A DNA stretch of 64,000 bases, taken from assembly GCA_947501605.1 (NCBI GenBank), contig CANMWZ010000014.1, positions 38,521 to 102,520 on the forward strand. The letters run 5' to 3'. The notes below the pieces were generated by a model that was not told where the DNA came from, did no database searches, and was given only the letters and a program-made list of their open reading frames with translations. The stretch is from Planctomycetota bacterium (lineage in GTDB: Bacteria > Planctomycetota > UBA1135 > UBA2386). Below, in pieces: positions 18,404 to 28,694 of the stretch. Each line of letters opens with the position of its first letter. Position 1 is the stretch's first letter. The position numbers and the translations under genes were made by a program.

Positions 18404-20170
18404 ATGACCGACCCCATCGCTTGGCTGGAGTTCGCGCCCGACGCACTGAAGCGCGCAAAAGAGGCAGACTGTCCAGTGGTCATGCTGCTCACGGTTCCGT
18501 GGTGCAGTCACTGCAAGGAACTGCTGCAGACCACCTTCGGCGATGCCCAGATCGCGACCACGATCCGCGACGCGTTCGTGGCCGTGCACGTCGACGCGGA
18601 GCGCCGACCCGACGTCAACGAGCGCTACGGCACCGGCAGCTGGCCCACGATTGCCTATCTCACGCCGGATGGCGAGCTGATCACCAACGACAGCTACCTC
18701 CTGCCAGCGGAGTTGCTCCAGCGCCTCCAGCGCGTCCGGACCGTCTGGCGCGATCAGCGCAACGAACTGCAGAAGGGCCTGCAAGAGCTCTGGAGCCACA
18801 AGAACCACCCGCAGGTGCGCAGCGGTCGATTGACGCAGCAAATGGTCGACGACGTTGCTGCGGCCATCTACGAGAAGCTCGACCATCGCTACGGCGGCTG
18901 GGGAACTGGCGCCAAGTTTCCGCACGCGGAAGCGCTCGACTTTGCCCTCGTGCAGTGGCAGAAGCGGGGCGACGAGAACATGCGCGAAGTCGTCACGCTG
19001 ACGCTCGATCGCATGCAGGACAGCGCACTGCACGACACGGTCGACGGCGGGTTCTTCCGCTTCTCGAAGACGCCAGACTGGCGCAGCCCGAACTTCGAGA
19101 AGCTGCTCGACGTCAACGTCCGGATCCTCCGCGCCTACCTAGAGGCCTATCAGGTCTTCGGCACAGCGAGCTATCGCACGACGGCCGAAGGCATCGTCCG
19201 CTGGATGCTGACGTTCTTGCAGGAGCCCACGACCAAGGCGTTCCATGGCAGCCAGGACGCAGACGCCGACTACTACAACCTCGACGCCGAGGGGCGACGT
19301 CGCCGCGCACCGCCGTCCGTCGACCGAACGATTCACTGCCACGCCAACGCGATGGCGGTGTCGGGCCTGCTCAAGGCCTCGGTCGTGCTGTCGCGACCTG
19401 AGTGGTGCGAAGCGGCGCTCTCGGTCCTCCAGTTCTTGCGCACCGAGCTGTTCGACGGTCGCGACGTCTTCCACTACTGGGACGGCACCTACCACTTGCC
19501 GGGCATGTTGGCGGACCAGGCCTACCTGATCCGAGCGTTCATCGATGCCAGCCAACTCACCGGCGACGCCGACCTGTTGCTGCCGGCCGAGGCCATCGCC
19601 GAACAGGTCATTGCGCGGCAGAAGGCACCTGGCGGTGGCTTCTACGACATCCTCAACGACCCGCGGCAGAGCGGCTCGATGCGGCGGCGCAATCGCTCGA
19701 TCCTCGAGAACTCGGTGATGGCGGAAGCGCTGGTGCGCCTCTCGTATCTGTCGCGCCGCCCCGAGTTCCATGCCGAGGCCATCGCGACGCTCGAAGCGTT
19801 CGCCACCGACTACAAGGAGTACGGCTACTACGTGGCCGGCTTCGGTCGGGCCGTCGACCTCGTGTTCTACGAGCCTCTGGTGCTGACGATCGTGGGCGAT
19901 CGCGACTCGGCGGCGGCGCAGACCCTGCGCTCGACGGCACTGTCGCGCTATGTGCCATCGCGCATGGTGCAGATGCTTGACCCGCGCTTCGACCCGATCC
20001 TGATCGGCCGTTCCGGCTACAAGGTCGAGGACCAACCCGTGGTCTACGTCACCCTCGGCAAGTCGACGCGGCAGACGGTGCGCACGCCCGGGGAACTGCT
20101 TCAGGCCCTCGAGCAGATCGCCTGGGAACGCCGCGGTCGTTCGCAGCGAACGCGCGGCCCCAATACGTAG
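18404..20170 (+). CDS. YyaL/DUF255 thioredoxin-domain protein
   Basis: WCSHC, VDAERRPDV, GGWG..AKFP, DGGFFRFS...PNFEKLL and SQDAD motifs. Confidence 0.88.
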   Translation: MTDPIAWLEFAPDALKRAKEADCPVVMLLTVPWCSHCKELLQTTFGDAQIATTIRDAFVAVHVDAERRPDVNERYGTGSWPTIAYLTPDGELITNDSYLLPAELLQRLQRVRTVWRDQRNELQKGLQELWSHKNHPQVRSGRLTQQMVDDVAAAIYEKLDHRYGGWGTGAKFPHAEALDFALVQWQKRGDENMREVVTLTLDRMQDSALHDTVDGGFFRFSKTPDWRSPNFEKLLDVNVRILRAYLEAYQVFGTASYRTTAEGIVRWMLTFLQEPTTKAFHGSQDADADYYNLDAEGRRRRAPPSVDRTIHCHANAMAVSGLLKASVVLSRPEWCEAALSVLQFLRTELFDGRDVFHYWDGTYHLPGMLADQAYLIRAFIDASQLTGDADLLLPAEAIAEQVIARQKAPGGGFYDILNDPRQSGSMRRRNRSILENSVMAEALVRLSYLSRRPEFHAEAIATLEAFATDYKEYGYYVAGFGRAVDLVFYEPLVLTIVGDRDSAAAQTLRSTALSRYVPSRMVQMLDPRFDPILIGRSGYKVEDQPVVYVTLGKSTRQTVRTPGELLQALEQIAWERRGRSQRTRGPNT

Positions 20171-20218
20171 GAGCCCATTACGTAGGAGCCCAGTACGTGG
20201 GAGCCCATTACGGAGAAG
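20159..20218. repeat. 15-bp degenerate tandem repeat, four copies
   Basis: CCCAATACGTAGGAG / CCCATTACGTAGGAG / CCCAGTACGTGGGAG / CCCATTACGGAGAAG. Confidence 0.85.
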
Positions 20219-20251
20219 CCCGTAGCGACGGGCAACCGAGAGGGGCCGCAG

Positions 20252-20608
20252 TCAGACGTCGACCAGGACTTCAAAGCCGCCATACGACATCCGCGTGTAG
20301 TCGAACGGGGCTTTGCCGGTCATCAGCTTGGCGATACGCGGGTCCTTCATGACCTTGGCGTTGACGCGATCGCGCTGTGTTCTGGAGCGATAGACGATCC
20401 ACGAGAACACTGCACACTCGCCCTTCTTCAGTTCCACGCGGTCTGCGAACGAGATGCCCAGCTTGACCGAGAGGTCCTCGCCAACGCATTCGAGATACTC
20501 AAGCGCGCCGTGCTCCTTCCAGACCTTGCCGGCCTTCTTGGCAATTGCCGCATAGGCCTTGAGGTTCTTCTTCGGGACCACGAGCAGGAAGCCGTCGACG
20601 TAGCGCAT
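20252..20608 (-). CDS. DUF1428 (YbaA-like) protein
   Basis: YVDGF..VP, HGALEYLECVGED, VFSWI, VMKDPR and RMSYGGF motifs. Confidence 0.9.
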   Translation of the reverse strand: MRYVDGFLLVVPKKNLKAYAAIAKKAGKVWKEHGALEYLECVGEDLSVKLGISFADRVELKKGECAVFSWIVYRSRTQRDRVNAKVMKDPRIAKLMTGKAPFDYTRMSYGGFEVLVDV

Positions 20609-20694
20609 CGCTAGATCCTTCAGTGGGAATGGGGTCGGAAAGGTACCAGGTGCCGACTTCGATCACCGCCACTACAGGAGCGCGGCGCCTTGAG

Positions 20695-21147
20695 TCAGAA
20701 CCACTCGGGCGCTTGCTCCGACGGCAGCCCCATCGCCTGCATGATCAGCGCGGAGATGTACTCCGGGTCGATCGCAAACTCCTTCAGGGTCTCGTAGCAC
20801 GACCCGGACTTGACCGACATCAGCGCCAGTGCAATGTGCTCGGGCTCGACGATCTTGCTGCCCAGCTGTTGGGCGGCGTCGCGCGCGCGAGCGAACACAG
20901 TGTGCACGTGCCGATTGAACGGACCGTTGGGCACTTCGGGCTCTCGCGGGAGCGTCTTCACGTAGCCCGAGAACATCTCAGGGTCGACGTTCAGATCCTG
21001 GAAGATGTGATGCAGGCACACGCTCTTGTCCACGGTCAACCCGTAGATGATGTGGCCTGTGGCGACCGACTCGTCGCCAAGCAACTTGGCGAGCGCCTCG
21101 GCTTGCTTGACAGCGGCGACTGTCTTGATGGCGAAGTCCTCGAACAT
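20695..21147 (-). CDS. Stand-alone Clp N-terminal (double Clp-R repeat) domain protein
   Basis: MFEDF...A..LG...V.T.HI..GL, then a second repeat A.QLG...VEPEHIALAL; no AAA+ motifs. Confidence 0.82.
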   Translation of the reverse strand: MFEDFAIKTVAAVKQAEALAKLLGDESVATGHIIYGLTVDKSVCLHHIFQDLNVDPEMFSGYVKTLPREPEVPNGPFNRHVHTVFARARDAAQQLGSKIVEPEHIALALMSVKSGSCYETLKEFAIDPEYISALIMQAMGLPSEQAPEWF

Positions 21148-21278
21148 CGGGGGGGGGAATCTAGCGACCACGCCGCCGCTGACCAGTCGCTGCTGCGGAT
21201 TCCGGAATCTAACCGCGGATGAACGCCGGCATGCCCCCCCCCAGAAACGGCGCAGCCCGCGGCGACTCGAGGGCGCCT

Positions 21279-21320
21279 CGGGCTGGACTCTGCGGGCTGG
21301 GCTCCTCGGGCTGGGCTCCT
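21279..21320. repeat. 14-bp tandem repeat, three copies
   Basis: CGGGCTGGACTCTG / CGGGCTGGGCTCCT / CGGGCTGGGCTCCT. Confidence 0.75.
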
Positions 21321-21354
21321 GGTCGGGTTCAGCCGGCCGAGACCGGATGGCGGC

Positions 21355-23073
21355 TCAGAGGCTACCCATCAGGGAGCTGACCGCGTTCGAGACGATGATG
21401 CCGGCAGCATTGGCGGCGGCGTCGAACGCAATCGCTTGGGAGAAGAACGACTGACCGACGAGTGGCGGCGAGTTCGGGATGGCGATGACCGACGCCGCCG
21501 TCGGGCCGCCGAGCTGGAGGTTGCTGAGAACCTCCGGCAGCGTCACGTAGGCATTGCAGCCCAGGGCGCCGATGATGCCCAGGTCGAGACCTGCGGGGAT
21601 CTGGCCGGCGCTCAACACATAGATCGAGAAGGCCGCCGTCGGTGGAATGCGGCTGGTCGTGAACGTGATGCTCTGATTGATGACCGGTCGACTGCCCGCG
21701 GCGAGTTTCAGTGATTGGACTTCCGTCCGACTCGAAACCGGGCCAGCCGTCAGATCGCTGCTCCCAGGGTCGTAGGCGCTACTGCCGCGCGAGAATCCAG
21801 TGAGCGCCACGCCGCCGCCGCTCGACGAGTCGTTCGCCAGCGATTGGAAGCGGAACTCGACACGGTCGTTGGTGCCGTTGTTGATCAGCGCAACCTGAAA
21901 AGTCGAGGTCGGCACCGGCGCTCCACTCGAACCAAAGCACGGGACGTTGCGCCACGTGACGAGATAGACGTTTGGGTTACTCGGATCGAGTTGCGCAAAG
22001 ACATTGGCATTGTTGATGGCACCGTCCGGCACCAAGTCTTGCATCGACGGAACGAGGCGCGTGCTCGGCAAGCCCAGCATCGCCGAGCCGCTGCCGCCGG
22101 TGCTGCTGCTGACCGTGCCCGACAACCCGATGCTGCCGTTGCTGTCGATGACGATGCTCGTGGTGGAGCCGCCAGGAAACTGGAACGAGAACGGGAGCGC
22201 TTGGACGGCCGAGACGACATCGTCTCCGAGTGCCAGACCCGCGACTGTCGGAGCGACGACCGTGGCCCCCAGCGTGGTGGCCGAGGTGTAGCCACCCTGC
22301 ACGTTCGGCGTCAGCGTGACCGTCCGGCCCGCGAGGTCGTTGGCGCCGCTGGCGAACTGCTCGTAGAGCGAGACGGCGCGGTCATAGCAACCAGCGCCGT
22401 AGTTGGCGTTGACGGCAGCGCCTGCCGCATTTGTGTAGCCGAAGCGGGCCACTGGGCAGAACAAGCTGATCGTGCCCGTCGGCGCAACGGACGAGCCCGG
22501 CGACCGAACCGAGTTGCAGAGGTGTGCGGCGCCGAGAAAGCCCGTGCTCGTCGTGTTGCCCAGCAACGGCGTCGGCGCCGCAGTGACGACGATCTCCATC
22601 AGCAGGTCGGCGCCAGCTTCTGGCGTGAATGCGAAGGGCGTCGTCAGCGGGATGTTGATGAAGTACTCGTTTGGTGTCGTGCTGGTGACTGCGAGTGTCG
22701 TGACTGGTCCCGAGAAGTTCGGCGTGCCCAACGGTGCGGAGCGATTGGCGGCAAACGTTGCCGACGGCGCCACGAAATCGACCGCTGCGTTCTGCAGATG
22801 GATCTCGACGCTTGGGTACGTCACGATCGCCGTCGCCAGACCGCCAGCGAGACGGAACTGCACGCGGTTGATCAGAATCGGCTGGCCCGTGTTCTGACTC
22901 GTGAAGTTGGTCGAGTCGTAGAGGCACTGAACGCGGTTGGCGCTCGCTCGCCAGACGTTGACCGTCGAACCGCCTTCCGTGTTCGCGAAGACGGCGGGAA
23001 CGGTGATTTGCTGCGCGTCGAGTGCAACAATGTTCACGGCCATGACCGCAGCGGAGACGACGAGTTTGTGCAT
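21355..23073 (-). CDS. Secreted beta-rich hypothetical protein (paralog A)
   Basis: Signal peptide ending LDA-QQ; Ser/Thr/Gly-rich; collinear with the neighbouring paralog. Confidence 0.8.
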   Translation of the reverse strand: MHKLVVSAAVMAVNIVALDAQQITVPAVFANTEGGSTVNVWRASANRVQCLYDSTNFTSQNTGQPILINRVQFRLAGGLATAIVTYPSVEIHLQNAAVDFVAPSATFAANRSAPLGTPNFSGPVTTLAVTSTTPNEYFINIPLTTPFAFTPEAGADLLMEIVVTAAPTPLLGNTTSTGFLGAAHLCNSVRSPGSSVAPTGTISLFCPVARFGYTNAAGAAVNANYGAGCYDRAVSLYEQFASGANDLAGRTVTLTPNVQGGYTSATTLGATVVAPTVAGLALGDDVVSAVQALPFSFQFPGGSTTSIVIDSNGSIGLSGTVSSSTGGSGSAMLGLPSTRLVPSMQDLVPDGAINNANVFAQLDPSNPNVYLVTWRNVPCFGSSGAPVPTSTFQVALINNGTNDRVEFRFQSLANDSSSGGGVALTGFSRGSSAYDPGSSDLTAGPVSSRTEVQSLKLAAGSRPVINQSITFTTSRIPPTAAFSIYVLSAGQIPAGLDLGIIGALGCNAYVTLPEVLSNLQLGGPTAASVIAIPNSPPLVGQSFFSQAIAFDAAANAAGIIVSNAVSSLMGSL

Positions 23074-23294
23074 GGGAACCAGATGGGTCGAGAGACTGCG
23101 CCGAATCAGCGAAACGCGGCTCGGGAACGGGCCAGCAACCATGCGAATCATACTTGCCGCTGGACCGAATGCGGCGCGGCCGCGACTGCGCCATGCTGCT
23201 CGCCGAATGCGGCGCGCCTTGGCAGATACCAGAAAGGCCGCGGCACCACGGTGAACTGGCCGCAGCGACACGCCCCGTCTGCGCCTGGTCTCGT

Positions 23295-25022
23295 TCAGAG
23301 ACTACCGACGAGCGACACGATGCCGTTCGACGAGATCATGCCGAGCGCGTTCTGTGCGACATCAAAGGCGACCGCCTGCGTGTAAACACGCTGACCGACC
23401 AGGACCGAGCTGTTTGGGACTGCGAACGAAAGGCCCGACGTCGGCGCACTGAGCAAGCGGACCGTGACTTTCTGTTGCACCAACACATAGGCGCTGCAAC
23501 CTGCCGCGCCAACACTGCCGAGATCGGTACCGAGGTCTTGGCCGAGGCCCATCACCAACAGCGACAGGCTGGCCGAGGCTGGGATGTTGCTGGCCGTGAA
23601 GCCAAGGTTGGTGTTGATCACTGCACGGCTTGTTGCCACGAGCCTCAGCCGCGAGGTCTCGGCCCGGCTCGAGATCGGTCCGACTGTCAGATCGCTGCTC
23701 CCCGGATCGTGCGCACTACTGCCGCGCGAGAAGCCCGTGAGCGCGATGCCCGAGTTGCTCGACGAATCGTTTGCCAGCGACTGGAAGCGGAACTCGACGC
23801 GATCGTTCGTGCCGCTGTCGATCAGCGCGACCTGGAACGTCGAAGCCAGCCTCGGCGTCGCCACCGAACCAAAGCACGGGACGTTCCTCCAGGTGATCAG
23901 GTAGATGCTCGGATTGCCTGGATCGACATGCGCGAAGACGTTGTCCGTGTTGGTGAATCCATCTGGCACCAGGTCCTGCATCGATGGCATCAGGCGGACA
24001 TTGGGCAAGGCGAGCACGGCCACGGCACTGCCGCCGATGCTGCTCGTCGCGGTGCCCGAAAGGCCGATGCTGCCGTTACTGTCGACGAAGATTCCCGTGG
24101 TCGATCCACCCGGGAACTGGAAGGTGAACGGCAACGGCTGGAGGTTCGAGACCGCGTCGTCCGCGAGGGACAATCCACCGGTCGGCGGCACGATCACGAC
24201 GCCCGCCGTCGTTGTCGCGGTGTAACCACCCTGGCCGTTCATGGTCAGCGTGACCTTCTTGCCCGAGAGGTCGGCAGTGCCACCGGCGAACAACTCGTAG
24301 AGCGATGCGGCGTGGTCGTAACAACCAGTGCCATAGCTCTCGTTGACGGCAGCGCCCAGGGCGTTGGCGTAGCCAAAACGCACTGCCGGACAAAACGGAC
24401 TGATGGCTCCGGTCAGGGCCGCGATCGAGCCCGGCGAACGCACGGAGTTGCACATGTGCAATGCCGGCACGAAACCCGTACTGATCGCGTGGCTGACGAG
24501 CGGCAACGGCGCCGCCGAGATGACGATCTCCATCAGGAGGTCGGCTCCGGCCTCTGGGGAGTAGAGGAACGGTCGAGTCAGTGGGATGCGGATGAAGTAG
24601 CCGTTGGGCGTCGCCCCAGTGACAGTCCGTGTGGTGACCTGGCCCGCGTAGTTGGGCGTGGTCAGAGGCACCGAGCGGTTGGCAGCAAACGTCGTCGACG
24701 GTGCGAGGAAGTCGACGGCGGCATTCTGCAGATGGATCTCGACACTGGGGTAGGTCACGATCGTCGACAGCAGCCCGCCACCGAGACGAAACTGGACGCT
24801 GTCGATGACCATCGGCTGGCCGGTGTCCTGACTCGTGAAGTTGCTCGCGTCATAGAGGCACTGCACGCGATTGGGGCCAGCGCGCCAAACGTTGGCAGTC
24901 GCGCCACCCTCAGCATTGGCCAAGACGGCAGGCACACCGATCTGCTGGGCGCAGAGAGTCGCCGTGCCGTGGACCATGGCAACGGTGCAGAGCCAAAGGA
25001 TGTAGCGAAAGGAAGAGGACAC
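23295..25022 (-). CDS. Secreted beta-rich hypothetical protein (paralog B)
   Basis: Shares NRVQCLYD, IVTYPSVEIHLQNAAVDF, TWRNVPCFGS and NDRVEFRFQSLAND with paralog A. Start uncertain. Confidence 0.8.
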   Translation of the reverse strand: MSSSFRYILWLCTVAMVHGTATLCAQQIGVPAVLANAEGGATANVWRAGPNRVQCLYDASNFTSQDTGQPMVIDSVQFRLGGGLLSTIVTYPSVEIHLQNAAVDFLAPSTTFAANRSVPLTTPNYAGQVTTRTVTGATPNGYFIRIPLTRPFLYSPEAGADLLMEIVISAAPLPLVSHAISTGFVPALHMCNSVRSPGSIAALTGAISPFCPAVRFGYANALGAAVNESYGTGCYDHAASLYELFAGGTADLSGKKVTLTMNGQGGYTATTTAGVVIVPPTGGLSLADDAVSNLQPLPFTFQFPGGSTTGIFVDSNGSIGLSGTATSSIGGSAVAVLALPNVRLMPSMQDLVPDGFTNTDNVFAHVDPGNPSIYLITWRNVPCFGSVATPRLASTFQVALIDSGTNDRVEFRFQSLANDSSSNSGIALTGFSRGSSAHDPGSSDLTVGPISSRAETSRLRLVATSRAVINTNLGFTASNIPASASLSLLVMGLGQDLGTDLGSVGAAGCSAYVLVQQKVTVRLLSAPTSGLSFAVPNSSVLVGQRVYTQAVAFDVAQNALGMISSNGIVSLVGSL

Positions 25023-25227
25023 TGCTCGGCTCGCGAAGGGACCCGCTACCGCAGGGAGCGGACCTGGAATCGAGCCGGGATGATAGCAGGCCGCTTCAGG
25101 ATTGAGTGAGCCTCGCAACGCACAGCAGATCGGACCGGCATTGTGCGCGCAGCTGCTCACGGCCTGTTGAAGTGCGGCGCCGTCGTCGCGCGCCCAGCAG
25201 GATGTGCTCGGCAGCTGACTCCTCGCT

Positions 25228-25761
25228 CTACTTCTTCCGCTTGGCCTGTTCGTTGCGCACTTCGATGCGCAGTTCGCGACGGTGCTTGGCGTCGTGAAAG
25301 CGCCGCTTCTCCTCGGCGGTCTTGGGCAGGATCGGTGGCACTTCCCGAGGCTTGCGGCTGTCGGGGTCGAGCGAGACGAACGTCAGATAGGCCGAGACGA
25401 CGTGTTTGCGTTCGCCGGTCGCGCGTTCTTCTTGCCAGACCTTGACGCCGACTTCCATCGAGGTGCGACCCGCGAAGTTGACCGATGCGCGCATCACGAT
25501 GATGCCGCCAACCGGCACTGGATTGACGAAGTCGATCTTGTCGACACTCGCGGTCACCACCGGCGTCCGCGCGTGACGGCCGGCGGCGACGGCGGCGCAG
25601 ATGTCGACCCAGTGCATGACCCGGCCTCCCATCGCGTTTCCCAGCGGATTCGCATCGTTGGGAAACACCATCTCCGTCATCTCCACGCGCGACGCGGAAA
25701 CAGGACGGCCGCGCAGCGACGCGGGAACGGCGGACTTGGACTTGGCTTTCCGGTTGGTCAT
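25228..25761 (-). CDS. Acyl-CoA thioesterase (hotdog fold)
   Basis: PNDANPLGNAMGG..MHWVD, VTASVD and GRTSMEVGV motifs. Confidence 0.92.
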   Translation of the reverse strand: MTNRKAKSKSAVPASLRGRPVSASRVEMTEMVFPNDANPLGNAMGGRVMHWVDICAAVAAGRHARTPVVTASVDKIDFVNPVPVGGIIVMRASVNFAGRTSMEVGVKVWQEERATGERKHVVSAYLTFVSLDPDSRKPREVPPILPKTAEEKRRFHDAKHRRELRIEVRNEQAKRKK

Positions 25762-25815
25762 GGCAGAGGGACAGAGGCAGAAACAGAATCTCCGCGCGGA
25801 TGGCGGCCTTGGCAG

Positions 25816-26235
25816 TCAGTTCGACTTGCCCGCGCTCGCGGGTGCAGCGACGGGCAATTGGTGCAACTGCACCGGCCCCTCGACGGACAGCAACCGGGCC
25901 ACGCCCTGTGCCATCGGCCAGATGCCGAGGTCATCCTCATCGTCGCGGAACGGCACGCGACGGCTGAAACGCCCCTGCTGGGTGGCATGGCCCACCCACG
26001 AGCCGTCGGCGGTGACCACGCGCCAGAACCGAAGCGGCCCATCGTGGTCGCGAATCTCGAGCTGGAGCAGGAGCGCCAGCTTGCGTTCGCCAAGGCGCAC
26101 CTCGTAGCGCTCGACCTCCACGACCGCGCGGGGCACAAAATCGTGCGCCGCATGCACCGTGTGCGTGTTGCTGGCGCAGCCGCCGAGAACGAGGCCAAGG
26201 GCGATCGCTACAGCAGGACCGCGCAGGGAGATCAT
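25816..26235 (-). CDS. Hypothetical lipoprotein
   Basis: Lipobox LGGC after a hydrophobic stretch. Confidence 0.65.
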   Translation of the reverse strand: MISLRGPAVAIALGLVLGGCASNTHTVHAAHDFVPRAVVEVERYEVRLGERKLALLLQLEIRDHDGPLRFWRVVTADGSWVGHATQQGRFSRRVPFRDDEDDLGIWPMAQGVARLLSVEGPVQLHQLPVAAPASAGKSN

Positions 26236-26390
26236 GGCGCGCCGTTCTAGGTCCCCTACTTGCGGCAGGCAAGCATCGGCCGCGGTCTGACAGCACCACA
26301 TGGGACGCGGGGATGGAACCGCGATGGTGGCGCGCGGGTCCGTTGCCTTGCAGAATGCTCGACCGCTCCCGCACTCGCGCCCCTACTCGC

Positions 26391-27470
26391 ATGACCTTGA
26401 TGAAGGGCATCCAGCTGACCGCCCCCGGTCAGTTCCGCCTCCGCCGCGATCTCCCCCTGCCCGAACCCAAACCCGGGGAGGTACGCATCCGTGTCGCCGC
26501 TTCCGGCATTTGCGGTACCGACGTGCACATCTGTGCCGGCGACCCGTCGATGAACGGGATCATTGCGCCCCCGGTCGTGCTCGGTCACGAGTTCTGTGGG
26601 CACATCGACAAGCTCGGTGCCGGCGTGGACGAGAAGAAGCTGCCGCTCGGCACCTACGTCAGCGCCGAGATGCATGAAGTCTGCGGCGTCTGTCCGGCCT
26701 GCCTCGACGGTGCGTTTCACGCCTGCACGACGACCAAGATCCGCGGCATCAACCTCGACGGCGCCTTCGCCGAGTTCGTCTGTGTGTCTGCCGGCAACGT
26801 CGTGCCACTGCCCGCAAAGCTGCCGGTGCAAGTCGGTGCGATCCTCGATCCGCTCGGCAACGCGGTACACACGACCTTGAAGGTGCCGATCAAAGACCGC
26901 ACGGTCGCCGTCGTCGGCTACGGGCCCATCGGCGCCATGTGCGGGGAAGTCGCGAACTTCGTCGGCGCGAAGCACATCTTCCTCGTCGACGTCGCCGACC
27001 GCGCTCTGGAGCGCGCACGCCAGTGGGCCAAGATTCGCGGCGTCGGCAACAAGGTCACCGTCATCGATGCGCGCCAGCCCAACCCAGTGGATCATGTCGT
27101 CGCAGCAACGCGCGGCGGCGTCGACGTAGCCCTCGAAATCAGCGGTCACCCGGTCGGCATCAACAACGCCATCGCGATGACGCGCGCGGCCGGCAACGTC
27201 GTCCACCTCGGCCTGCCCAAGGGCGACAACGTCACCATCGAGCGCTTCAGCAAGAACTTCATCTTCAAGGGCCTGACGCTTCACGCCGTGATCGGGCGCG
27301 AGATGTTCCGCACCTGGGAACAGATGCTCGACCTGATCCAGAAGGGCATGGACGTGCACGAACTCGTCTCGGCCGAGATGGGACTCGACGACTTCGGCAT
27401 GGGCATCGACCGCTTCGGCCAGGGGCTGGAGTCCAAGGTGGTTCTGTACCCGAACGGCAAGCCTCGCTGA
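26391..27470 (+). CDS. tdh: L-threonine 3-dehydrogenase (Zn-dependent MDR)
   Basis: GICGTDVH, GHEFCG, CGVCPAC...C and GYGPIG motifs; directly upstream of kbl. Confidence 0.88.
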   Translation: MTLMKGIQLTAPGQFRLRRDLPLPEPKPGEVRIRVAASGICGTDVHICAGDPSMNGIIAPPVVLGHEFCGHIDKLGAGVDEKKLPLGTYVSAEMHEVCGVCPACLDGAFHACTTTKIRGINLDGAFAEFVCVSAGNVVPLPAKLPVQVGAILDPLGNAVHTTLKVPIKDRTVAVVGYGPIGAMCGEVANFVGAKHIFLVDVADRALERARQWAKIRGVGNKVTVIDARQPNPVDHVVAATRGGVDVALEISGHPVGINNAIAMTRAAGNVVHLGLPKGDNVTIERFSKNFIFKGLTLHAVIGREMFRTWEQMLDLIQKGMDVHELVSAEMGLDDFGMGIDRFGQGLESKVVLYPNGKPR

Positions 27471-27494
27471 CTCACGCAACCACGAGACCCCACG

Positions 27495-28682
27495 ATGTTC
27501 GAACACGACCGCCAGCGCCTGCGCGCCGAACTCGACAGCATCCGCGAGCAGGGGCTGTGGAAAGAGGAGCGAGTTCTGCAAGGACCGCAGGGCGCAATGA
27601 TCCGCGTCAACGGCAAGGAGGTGTTGTGCATGTGTGCCAACAACTACCTCGGCCTCGCCAACGACCAGGAACTGCGCACCGCCGCCAAGCAGGCGATCGA
27701 CTCGCACGGCCTCGGCCTCGCCAGCGTGCGTTTCATCTGCGGCACCCAGGACCTGCACAAGACCCTGGAACAGAGAGTCAGCACGTTCTTCGGCACCGAA
27801 GACACGATTCTCTACACCTCGTGCTTTGATGCGAACGGCGGCTTGTTCGAGACCCTCATGGGCGAACAGGACGCGATCATCAGCGACTCATTGAACCACG
27901 CGTCCATCATCGACGGCATCCGTTTGAGCAAGGCCCAACGCCTGCGCTACCAGAACGGCGACATGCAAGAACTCGAGCAGCACCTGCAAGCAACGCAGAG
28001 TTGCCGCTCGCGACTGATCGCAACCGACGGCGTGTTCTCGATGGACGGGTTCATCGCCAAGCTGCCGCAGATCTGTGACCTCGCCGAGAAGTACGGTGCG
28101 ATGCTGATGGTCGACGACAGCCACGCGACCGGCTTCTTCGGACCGACCGGTCGCGGCACACCAGAGTTCCACAAGTGCATGCACCGGATCGACGTGATGA
28201 CGTCAACGTTCGGCAAAGCACTCGGCGGCGCGTCGGGCGGCTTCACCACCGGCAAGAAGGAGATCATCGACCTGCTGCGCAACCGCAGCCGGCCGTACCT
28301 GTTCTCCAACACCGTCGCGCCTGCCATCGCGGGCGCCACGATCGCGTGCATCGACAAGCTGTCGAAGACGACGGCGCTGCGCGACAAGCTCGAACGCAAC
28401 ACCAAGTTCTTCCGCCACGCGATGGCAGCAGCCGGTTTCGACATCGTGCCGGGCGAGCACCCCATCTGCCCAATCATGCTCGGCGACGCCAAGCTCGCAG
28501 TCGACATGGCGCGCCAGATGCTCGACGAGGGCGTCTACGTGATCGGCTTCTGCTTCCCGGTCGTGCCCAAGGGCAAGGCCCGCATCCGCGTGCAGATCAG
28601 CGCCGCGCACGAGATCCCACAACTCGAGACCGCAGTGGCCGCCTTCGCCAAAGTCGGCAAGCGCCTCGGCGTCCTCCGCTGA
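27495..28682 (+). CDS. kbl: Glycine C-acetyltransferase (2-amino-3-ketobutyrate CoA ligase)
   Basis: [51 protein letters not shown] and [11 protein letters not shown] motifs. Confidence 0.95.
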   Translation: MFEHDRQRLRAELDSIREQGLWKEERVLQGPQGAMIRVNGKEVLCMCANNYLGLANDQELRTAAKQAIDSHGLGLASVRFICGTQDLHKTLEQRVSTFFGTEDTILYTSCFDANGGLFETLMGEQDAIISDSLNHASIIDGIRLSKAQRLRYQNGDMQELEQHLQATQSCRSRLIATDGVFSMDGFIAKLPQICDLAEKYGAMLMVDDSHATGFFGPTGRGTPEFHKCMHRIDVMTSTFGKALGGASGGFTTGKKEIIDLLRNRSRPYLFSNTVAPAIAGATIACIDKLSKTTALRDKLERNTKFFRHAMAAAGFDIVPGEHPICPIMLGDAKLAVDMARQMLDEGVYVIGFCFPVVPKGKARIRVQISAAHEIPQLETAVAAFAKVGKRLGVLR

Positions 28683-28694
28683 ATCGCTGGCATC

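Noticed and set aside
21715..25109. 556-aa and 651-aa plus-strand ORFs
   Set aside because: Arg-rich antisense shadows of the two secreted paralogs, as expected in high-GC DNA.
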